The position numbers and the translations under genes were made by a program. A DNA stretch of 64,000 bases from an uncultured bacterium (GTDB lineage Bacteria > Verrucomicrobiota > Verrucomicrobiia > Limisphaerales > UBA8199), in NCBI GenBank assembly GCA_963749495.1, contig CAVVMW010000015.1, positions 160,001 to 224,000 of the forward strand, in the 5' to 3' direction. This document shows positions 55,734 to 64,000 of this stretch, in pieces (position 1 is the first letter of the stretch; each line of letters starts with the position of its first letter). The notes beneath the pieces are model-generated. The model did not search any database, was not told the DNA's origin, and saw only the letters and a program-made list of their open reading frames with translations.

Positions 55734-56708
55734 TCAGGCGTTCGTGTTCAGCCCGGTCTTCACATCGGCACCGGACTGGTCCTCGACGGCATTTTGGCCA
55801 CGGAAGGTGCAGCCCAGGACCGTCGCCGCTTTGAGTCCCTTCTCCAGGATGATTGCCCGCTTGCGTTCATCCATAAACTCGCACCCGTTCACAATCAAGT
55901 GTCTGCCTGAAGCCCGGATGCAGGGGTCCCCTTTGCCGCCATGGTCCCACCCGGTGAAATGGCACGAGGTCAAAACCAGCGAACTGCCTCCCTCGTGCCG
56001 GACCTGTTCCCGCGTCAACTCGGTGCCCCAAAAGCCACAATTGCTGAATTTGACCGGGCCTCGATTCTCAGGGCCAATCTCGACCGTGGACATGAACTGC
56101 CCATTGGCGAACTGCACCCCAGCCTCATTCCACTTGGTGCCCACGTCGATGGCCTGGTACGGGTTGGTCAGGGTCACGTCGAGGATCTGGCACAACTCGC
56201 CATCGGCACGGATGGACCAGGGGTAGGGCGCCACGTCGGCCAGGGTTTGCTCGGGGTAATGGATGATAAGATTCCGGACCACGGCATTGGCCTTGAGCGT
56301 GACCAGCGGCTCACCCTCTGGTTGACCTCGACCACCGTAGGCCAGGAGCACCGTGCCGATGGGGTGTTCGCTATGGGGCACGCCTCCTGAGGCACCACAG
56401 AGGGTCACCCCTGGTGGAACCGTCAGTGGGCCGTTCAAACGGTAGAGTCCCGCCGGAAGGCAGCAGATTGGGCCACCGGCTTGGGCAGCGTCCAAAGCGG
56501 CCTGCAGGGCCTTGGCATCATTGGTGTTGCCATCGCCCTTGGCACCATACTGCCGGGCATTGACCTGGTTGGCTGCCGAGACGCTGGACGGGCTGGCGGT
56601 CGAGGCTCCGTAGCCCTTTGTGGCCGCCAGGGAGCCCAGAAGGCCAAAGGCGAGCGCAGAGTTCTCAACAAAGGTCCGGCGGGAAAGGCGGGGAGGTTTT
56701 GGAGTCAT
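55734..56708 (-). CDS. Tat-exported pectate-lyase-3-like protein, probably internally deleted near 56125
   Basis: SRRTFV signal; VNARQYGAKGDGNTNDAKALQAALD; abrupt join IDVGTKWNE|AGVQFANGQF. Confidence 0.75.
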   Translation of the reverse strand: MTPKPPRLSRRTFVENSALAFGLLGSLAATKGYGASTASPSSVSAANQVNARQYGAKGDGNTNDAKALQAALDAAQAGGPICCLPAGLYRLNGPLTVPPGVTLCGASGGVPHSEHPIGTVLLAYGGRGQPEGEPLVTLKANAVVRNLIIHYPEQTLADVAPYPWSIRADGELCQILDVTLTNPYQAIDVGTKWNEAGVQFANGQFMSTVEIGPENRGPVKFSNCGFWGTELTREQVRHEGGSSLVLTSCHFTGWDHGGKGDPCIRASGRHLIVNGCEFMDERKRAIILEKGLKAATVLGCTFRGQNAVEDQSGADVKTGLNTNA

Positions 56709-57076
56709 GGTTTTGGTTGTTCTCCGAGAACTTTCACCTTTGTGGCCTCTCGGCGTCAACAACGGAAGCAGCCCTTGTGGAAGAGCGCGCGACATCCGCC
56801 GGGGTTAGGCAGCCGCAGCGCCCCAACCTCCATGCTTTCTCGGACCATTGCTGACGTGGTGCCCTGCGCCGGTGTTCGGATTGGGGGTGGCTGACTGGAG
56901 GAATAGTGCTTGCCATTCCTGCGAAACAGGTCACAGTCACCGCGACCCTGATAGGTTGTCACTCCCAAGACATGGGAATCGTCAGGTGAACCCGGTTCAG
57001 TGATGATTCGAGACCCGATTCACGGGAACAGTATGGGGAGAGCAAAGCTGTCCAGGGCCGTATACATAGAAAACAG

Positions 57077-57400
57077 ATGAGTGCAAAGTTGTTTGTGGGG
57101 AACCTTTCGTTCAACACGACTGAAAATGATCTGCAGGCCGCCTTTGCGGCGCACGGCACGGTCGAGGAAGCCAACCTGATGATGGACCGCGACACTGGCC
57201 GTCCTCGCGGATTCGCCTTCGTAACCATGAGCACGCCGGAAGAGGCGCAGAAGGCCATCGATGCCCTGAATGGCAAACAGTTGGACGGCCGCGCCTTGAC
57301 CGTCAATATCGCAAGGCCGAAGGAAGAACGTTCCGGGGGCGGTGGAGGGCGCGGCGGTTACGGTGGCCGTGGAGGTGGCGGTGGTCGAGATCGCTACTGA
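57077..57400 (+). CDS. RRM (RNP-1) RNA-binding protein with Gly/Arg tail
   Basis: KLFVGNL (RNP2) and RGFAFVTM (RNP1). Confidence 0.97.
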   Translation: MSAKLFVGNLSFNTTENDLQAAFAAHGTVEEANLMMDRDTGRPRGFAFVTMSTPEEAQKAIDALNGKQLDGRALTVNIARPKEERSGGGGGRGGYGGRGGGGGRDRY

Positions 57401-57426
57401 TTCCAGGATCTGAAACGGCTTGGTCC

Positions 57427-57455
57427 GGCGGAGGAGTCAGTTCCTCCGCCATTTT
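57427..57455 (+). terminator. Putative intrinsic terminator
   Basis: GGCGGAGGA-loop-TCCTCCGCC followed by ATTTT. Confidence 0.6.
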
Positions 57456-57649
57456 CATCCTCAGCAACTGCCGCCGGGTGATTTGCGGGATTGCCCGCTG
57501 GGGTGGCAAGAATGAGGACGGACACCAAAGCTCCGCGGCTTCAACGGCCTCTTCTTCCCTTCCTCTCCACGAACCCCGACTTGCCTCTGCGGGTGTGGTT
57601 TGGCCTTCGCGAACCTGATGGGGTTTCAACTAACCTCCAGCCCATGACT

Positions 57650-58115
57650 TCACCAGACCCGCAACAGGCGCTTGGCCCCGGGATAGGCCACCAGCGCCAC
57701 GAGCAAATAGGCCACCAGCCACGGAGCGAGGCCCAGCGCCGGCAGACCGGGAACAATGCCGAACAGACGCGCCGGCTGAAGCAAGAGAGCGGTGCGAATA
57801 CCTTGCGGGTCATGCGCCAGCAACCGGACTTGGCATTTTCGCTCGCCGAGCAGCAGCGGGTGCACGAAGGTGTGGTGATCGCAGCGAAGGGTGACGGAGT
57901 GCAGACCGCGGGTGCCGGTCAGGGTCCAAGTGGCGTGCGCGGTCGCTGTGTTTGTGTCCACCGTCAGGGCGCGAATCCATCCTTGGGGCGCCTGCAATCC
58001 TTCCGCGGGCACCAGGTGGGCCAACTGGCCCGCGGCAGAAATCGGGAAGGTCGCGGTGAAGCTGACTGGTTCGCCCGCCTTGGGAGGCAGATACTCCAGC
58101 CGCTGCCAGCACCAC
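57650..58115 (-). pseudogene. C-terminal remnant of a membrane protein
   Basis: WCWQRLEYLPP..LFGIVPGL..PWLVAYLLVALV..KRLLRVW with no credible start. Confidence 0.45.
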
Positions 58116-58272
58116 GTGGCCGCACGCGCGCTGGAAGAGCGGCGTCCAGCCCGAGGCAGCCGTTGTCGAGTGCGTCGGCCAGAGGCAACGGCCCGGCCTG
58201 AAACGTGCCGTCCGCTTGTTGCGCGTGGAGAGAAAGGGTTGTGCCGTCGAACGAGATCAGGTCCAGCCGGCC

Positions 58273-59106
58273 CTAGCCGCCGAAATCGCCCCAGGCGAAG
58301 GCCCGCGACTTGGATTGCAGGCGGCGGGCCGAGGTGAGGTCGGCAAACTCGCGGCTCTTGGGGTCGCAGGCCAGCAAGCGGTCTCCCTGGTCGCACGCGA
58401 CGAAGAGGAGCCACTTGCCGTCGCCGGCCAGGTCGATCGGCCGCACGGCCCTGATGTTGCCGCTGAGCGTGGCGATTTTCCTTTGGTCGGTGCTCCAGGC
58501 GACTCCGTCTGCGACCGGCACGTCGGGGTCATCGTCTTGGAGGATGTAATCCACAGCCCGTTGAAGCATGTCGGTGCCGCCGGCCCAGATACCCTGGTTC
58601 TTGGGGTCGATCTGGTTGAAGGTCCACTCGCCTTCCTGGCCGCTGTCAAATTCAGCCCATTGGCCGGAGAGGTGCAGCAGGCCGCGGTTCCTGGCCGGCC
58701 CCCCACCCTGGCGGTCTTTGTCCTCGCCGAAGTCGCCCACAAAGAACAACCCCGTTTTTGCCGGGGCGGCCAGTTGGCGCAGCGCGTCAGCGTTCTGGGT
58801 GTTGATGGCCTTGGACAGGTTCAGGCGGAGTGCCTTCAGTTCCGTCCGGCCCTTGAGCACTTGGCGGATGGTGGCGGAATACTGGTCCTTCGAGGTGCCC
58901 GGTTTGAGGTCCACGGACACGATCAAGGCCGACTGTTTCACGAGATGGACTGGCGTGAAACGGGGGTTGATCAGGGCGCTGACCGTGGCGGCGCAGAGCA
59001 GCGTGGCCAGGGCGGCCAGAGCGGAAAGGATGCCTCTCGTGGCCATGGGAGAACACGTGGCCACCGGCCCAGGCCCGGGCCTGGTCACGCAATTCGTCGG
59101 CTCCAT
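58273..59106 (-). pseudogene. Secreted FG-GAP repeat protein truncated inside a repeat
   Basis: Signal peptide, LINPRFTPVHLV, IDLAGDG; stops at AFAWGDFGG. Confidence 0.65.
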
Positions 59107-59294
59107 GGCGGCATTGTAAAAGCACCTTCTCCCCGTTGTCCAGCCCGCAGATTTCATCTCCGCGGACGTTCGAACTGTGGCAGCGCGGCGCCGGAGCCCG
59201 GACCGAACGGGAAAGGGGGTCAAGCCAAAACTTTTCACTGGTTCGGCGGCAAGCGAGGCGCTTCCGGCAACACGTGCAATAGGGCACGTTCCAT

Positions 59295-59523
59295 CAGAAT
59301 GTGTAAACCCGTCCTCACCGAGCCCAATTGGAAGCACCGAAACTTTCTCAATCCATTCAGGATGCTCTGTTTTCACCAAGCCGAGAAGCTCGATGAGCAA
59401 CGCGCCGCCAGACGGAGTGATTGGACACCAAAGATTGGGAAGCGGATCGAACTGGCCGAGCCGGTCAAGAAAGTCCCGCAGGTATGCGGTGACTTCCTCC
59501 CGCCCAATGAAATACGTGACCAC
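59295..59523 (-). pseudogene. Possible phosphoribosyltransferase-like N-terminal fragment
   Basis: Helix then PNLWCPITPSGGALL, resembling the first PRTase strand-loop; degenerates after ~75 aa. Confidence 0.35.
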
Positions 59524-59545
59524 GGGATGAGATCAAACCGCCAAG

Positions 59546-59761
59546 TTAGCCGCGGTGAACCCGGGCGCCGACAATAGGGTGCTCTTCGATTACTTGGCCC
59601 AGTTTCTCGTAATAACAGTCGCTGCAATCCTCGTGGTCGCCCTCGCGCCGTTTGCCCGTAATTGTTTCCTGGAGCAAGATATCGCAATGATGACACCGCG
59701 GCCCCTCCTTTAAGAAGAGCAGATCTGGCCGCTCGATAAGGTCTCTCAATGGAATTGCCAT
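59546..59761 (-). CDS. Small Zn-ribbon-like protein
   Basis: 71 aa; CHHC..LQETITG..CSDC; AT-rich upstream region. Confidence 0.7.
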   Translation of the reverse strand: MAIPLRDLIERPDLLFLKEGPRCHHCDILLQETITGKRREGDHEDCSDCYYEKLGQVIEEHPIVGARVHRG

Positions 59762-60172
59762 ATATTATCCATTATCCTGTTGGTAGTGCTTTTGCTAACT
59801 CTTTCAGATATCGAGGTTTCAATGCAAAAAAAACGGCCGATCGCCTGCGACCACACCACTATTCGCACCGTCCAGCAGCCCCGCTGCTCGGCCATCACTA
59901 ATGCGGCGTGGCGAAACCAATCAAACCAAAATGTTTGTCCAAAACCGCCATTATTGTCTAAGTGCGACGCAAATTACCCCCAGGCGACCTTCTTGTCAAA
60001 GAGGATAAGGGGTCGCCCATTAGGGCGGGTGTCAGCCAATGAGACTGTCATATTGGCGATCAGAATAGTACATTCTCCTTAACTGACCCTGCTACGGCCG
60101 AACCGTCTGAACGCGCCGGGTAAGCACTTCTCCTCCGGCTGCGCCAGCGTCCTCGTTCGTGTGGGAAAGTTA

Positions 60173-60218
60173 TGGTTTGACCCCACCCACGAACCTGGTT
60201 TGACCCCACCCACGAACC
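60173..60218. repeat. 23-bp tandem duplication containing TGACCCC
   Basis: (TGGTTTGACCCCACCCACGAACC)x2. Confidence 0.9.
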
Positions 60219-60291
60219 AGGCAAGGTGCGCCTGACCGCCCGCGCTGAAGGCCTGAATGAGGCCACGGTCGAAATTGAAGCGAACCAATAG
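60208..60291 (+). pseudogene. Last 27 codons of a GH2-type glycosidase
   Basis: THEPGKVRLTARAEGLNEATVEIEANQ* resembles the C-terminal Ig-like strands of GH2 enzymes. Confidence 0.6.
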
Positions 60292-60482
60292 GCAGCTTGC
60301 ACTACTTGCCGATCTGATCTCGCATGAAGCCGGCCGCTCCTTCCAATCCGACTCCTGGCCGGCGGTTGCACCGGCTGCTGAAGCGGCAAAGCCAAGGGCG
60401 CCTCGTTTATGCGCGACGGAAACAACCTGCGCGCAAGTCCGGTGTTGAATTAAGAAGAGACCGACAGACCGCGAACCAAATC

Positions 60483-63400
60483 ATGAAGCAGCTTGCCGCA
60501 CTATGGATTTTTGCTTGTATCGGAGCTCTGGCTGGATCCGCGCCGGACAACTACTCCGCCTTCAATGAAGCCCGCAAGCTGCAGTGGGAGGGCCATGAAA
60601 AAGAGGCGTTTCTCAAGTTCCTGGTGATCCCTGGGGGCGAGTCTGCGGCCGCGGCACTGGCTGGTGGCGCCGCCAGCGAGTACCTGGCCTTGCTGCGAGA
60701 CAGTCCCGGCGCGCTCGAATCGCCGCGCGCCGTGCTCGTCGAAGCGGACTTGTTGCTGGCCGCCGGCCAGAGGGTCGAAGCCATCAATCGCTATCGGGTT
60801 CTGGCCGCCCGGGCCCCAAAGAACAACTGGGGCATCAGCCAGGCTCCCTATTATCCCGTGGAGCCACCTCAGCGCTACGGCGGTGAGCCATATTTATATT
60901 TCCTAAACCTCGCGCCCGGGCAGTTGAACCAGCCCTTCAGTTGCGGCCCGGGGAGCCACCGCGACAACTGGCTGTTGCGCCGGCTTCTGGCCCTCGACCT
61001 TGCGGACGAGGCGTCCAGGGAATTCGCCCGCATTTGGGAAGTCCATCGGGCCAACACCCAGCCCTACGCCATGGTCACGCCCGCCCACGACGCCAAGGGC
61101 CAAATCACCGGTGAGGAGAAGCGGTTGGTTCGTCCGTCGGGCTTCAACAGTTACGGCCTCCAATTCGCGCTGGATTACGCCTTCTTTTTGAAGCACTGCG
61201 GCCAAACCAACGAGGCCCTGGCCCTCCTGCTGGAGCCGCTCCGGGTTATGGAGATGGACCGCGACCCGAACAATGCGCAGCCCGAGCCCTTGCCCGCTTC
61301 GATGAGCGCGCTGCCGGTGAAAACCCCGCCCGCAGTCTCTCCCCCGTTTGGTTTTGGCCTCGGCGCGGCGGGAGTGTCCCGCAAGGAGTATCTCCGGCTG
61401 GTTTATGGCGAGTTCAAAGGCCTTGGCCGGGAGGGCGCCTTGATTGGGGAATTGCACAAGGAGTTGGATGCAGGGGATAACCGCGCCCGCCGCCTGCTGG
61501 CCCAGGTTCTCCTGCACGAGGGCCAGATGGAGCCCGCCCTCCTAATGGAGCTGGACTACATCGCTCACGGAGACTTCGACGCCTTGACGAGCGCCTATCG
61601 CCGGGGACTGATGTACGAAGAGTACAAGCACAACGCTGAAGCGGCGGTGGAATTCGAAAAAGTGCTGGCCATCAAGCCTTCGCCGATGCGCCTGCCGGAC
61701 GCCGATGAGCGAATTTTGGAAGAGCCCTATCCGCAGGCAAGCGCCGCCGCTTTCCCTGCGCAGATGCCTGGCCGCGAGGCCACGCCGACGGACACGTTGC
61801 GGGTGCAAGAGCGTCTGGTGCGGCTCTATTCGGCCCTGGGCCGTATGGACAGGGCAATGGAAATCGAGTTGGCTCAGTTCGAAAGCGATGAGCGGCGCCT
61901 TCACAGTCTGGAGGCGATCGACCAGATGGCCCAACGTTTCAAAGCGGCCAACCAGGAAACGCGGTTCCAGGCATGGGCAAGAGACAAGATCGCCTCCGCC
62001 AAAACGACCTTGGCGCGCGCGAATCTGGCCTGGCAGCAACGGGATTACCCCACGGCCCTGACCAATGCGGCTGCTGCTTGTTCCGCCGGGGACTCTGGTT
62101 GGGATGCCTGGAGAGAGAGATTCGCCCGGCTGGGCCGAGACCATGAACGCTCGTTCATGCTGGCCATCGTAGAGGCAAATCCCCGCGATGCCGTAGCGCG
62201 CCTCGCCCTGCTGGACCTGGAAGACCGCCTCGAGGGCGCCGAAGCCATCGCGGCTCTGGAAGCGCTGCTTGCCTCCGGCGCCGGGGAGGCATTCCCTCGA
62301 GGGAAAGGCGCCTGGAACCGCACCCGTTTCAAAAGCTACGTGGATCTCGCCTATTGCTTGATGCGGCTTTATGAAAGAGACGGCCAGTTGGAAAAACTGC
62401 GGGCTCTGGGCCTGCGCATTGCCAAGGGCGAGAAACCTTTCGATCGGTATGACGGTTACCTTTACCGTTTTGATGAGAACGGCCTCGAAGAACGCGGCAA
62501 CGCCTGCCTGGCGCTCGCGGTTCAGTATGCCGAGGACAAATCCTACCAGGATCAGTTGCTCGTCGAGCTAAAGACCTCACGGTGGGCCGGCGCCCGCGCA
62601 CAGATCGAACGTAGAGCCGGAGTCGGATTCCCACGTCGCCTGGCGCTGGACCCGGACCAAACGTGATAGACGTGAGCCCATCGCCGGCCTGGGCTAACGT
62701 CCCGGAGACGACTCAGATCTTCACCTCTTTCCATCAGGCCGCCCCCCGTTTGGCCCGGGACGACCAGTTCGTTTATGCCGGGCATGCCCTGGGGGCTCGC
62801 GGTTTATGATCTCAAAGGCAGGCCGGTGGCGCGGTTGGCCCTGGGCTCCCCGGTCCAAGCCATGGTCGTCACCCAGCAACAGGTTTGGCTCGGCACCCCC
62901 GCCGGTCTGTTCCGAGCCGGGACCGGAGGAGCTTCCCCGACCCACGCGACGCCGGTTCCACGGTGGTCCGTCGCGCACCACCCTGTCGGCAACGTTACGG
63001 CCCTGGCGTTGGACGGCGAGGATCTTTGGATCGGTTTTCCCGGTGAGATCAAGACCCTCAACCGGCAGACGCTGGAACTACGTTCCGTTTCCCTCGAGGA
63101 TTCGAAAGTGCCGCAGGTGGGCGTCTTCACCCGGATCCTCCCGGACGGCGAATATGTCTGGACCGATGGCGGCTGCGGTTTGCTTCGCTACGACCGGGCA
63201 TCCGGCACCTGGAGCGCGCCGCTGAATCCGGGCCTGCCCCGCTACCCGCCGCACCTGATCGGTTTCATCGACGGGCAACCCTGGGTGGACGTGTATCTGG
63301 ACGACGAGCTGCGCAACCGCCCGGCGCGGGTGGATCGGAAGACACTCAGCTTAACCCCGGTTGTGCTGGGCGGCAATCCCTCCCCCAATGCGCGCCTCAT

Positions 63401-64000
63401 CAACGAGGGCTTCGTCTATCTGGGAAAGGATAACGGACGCCCTGTCTTTCGGAGCTCCGGAGGGTGGTTTCTTGTGAATGCAGCCTCCACCCAGATCCGA
63501 CGCCTGCCCGAGGGCTATATGTCCGGGATACAGCGCCTCACGGACCCAGTCCCGGACGGCCTGCCCCTGCCGGAGTGGGACATGGACCTCGCCGCCGCAG
63601 CCTGGCCCGACGGCCTGCGCGCGGGCTACAGCGCGTCGCCGTGGTCGGATGGATGGCCGGGGCGCGCGGTCTGGGCGGTGGTGTTTGACGACGCGCGCCA
63701 GCAGGCATGGCTTTGCACCGGGGCCGGACTGGCACTGCTCAGGCGGGGCCAGCGTGGCCTCGAACATTTCGGCTTCACCGAGGGCGTTAATTGCGGCCCG
63801 ATGCTCGACGGCCTCGAGCTTGGCGGCAAAATCTATTTCGCCACCGGCTGGGACGATGCGCGCGGCGGCTTGACCGTCTATGACCCGCAAACATCCGCAT
63901 TCAGCACCTTCTTCCGCTACGACGGCATGGATTCAGAGAAGGTGATTGGGCTTGCGGCCAGGGATGGCCAACTGGAGTTGCGCTTCGGCATCGAGTATCT
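60483..64000 (+). CDS. Large secreted TPR-like + beta-propeller protein, runs off window; frameshifts at ~62630 and ~62780
   Basis: Signal peptide MKQLAALWIFACIGALA; helical repeats; from 62784 an open frame with VTALALDGEDLWIG-type propeller repeats. Confidence 0.8.

Noticed and set aside
58273..59523. 416-aa ORF as a single fusion protein
   Set aside because: A chance in-frame read-through of two unrelated remnants joined by non-coding-like sequence.

Overview
GC-rich bacterial DNA whose gene content (prepilin-type N-terminal-cleavage proteins, CRTAC1/ASPIC, lamin-tail/CotH, an ECF sigma plus WD40 kinase, several secreted proteins ending in a '...FYR' domain) points to a Verrucomicrobiota subdivision-3-like organism (inference). 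It is an accessory region. Secreted and carbohydrate-related genes are mixed with candidate anti-phage genes: an Nmad3 two-gene cassette, a Type IIG restriction-modification gene, and an Mrr-nuclease/STAND (Avs-like) gene divergent from an AAA_14/DUF4143 gene. There are more than ten truncated or internally deleted gene remnants, fragments of REP-associated tyrosine transposases, and several families of palindromic repeats. About 15 single-base frameshifts split otherwise intact genes and look like long-read consensus errors; four of them fall on one motif (SAGTAC). A 35-bp bipartite motif occurs twice with identical spacing and is a candidate promoter for the local ECF sigma. No rRNA, tRNA or CRISPR array was seen. 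All family assignments come from motif recognition by eye; no database searches were run.
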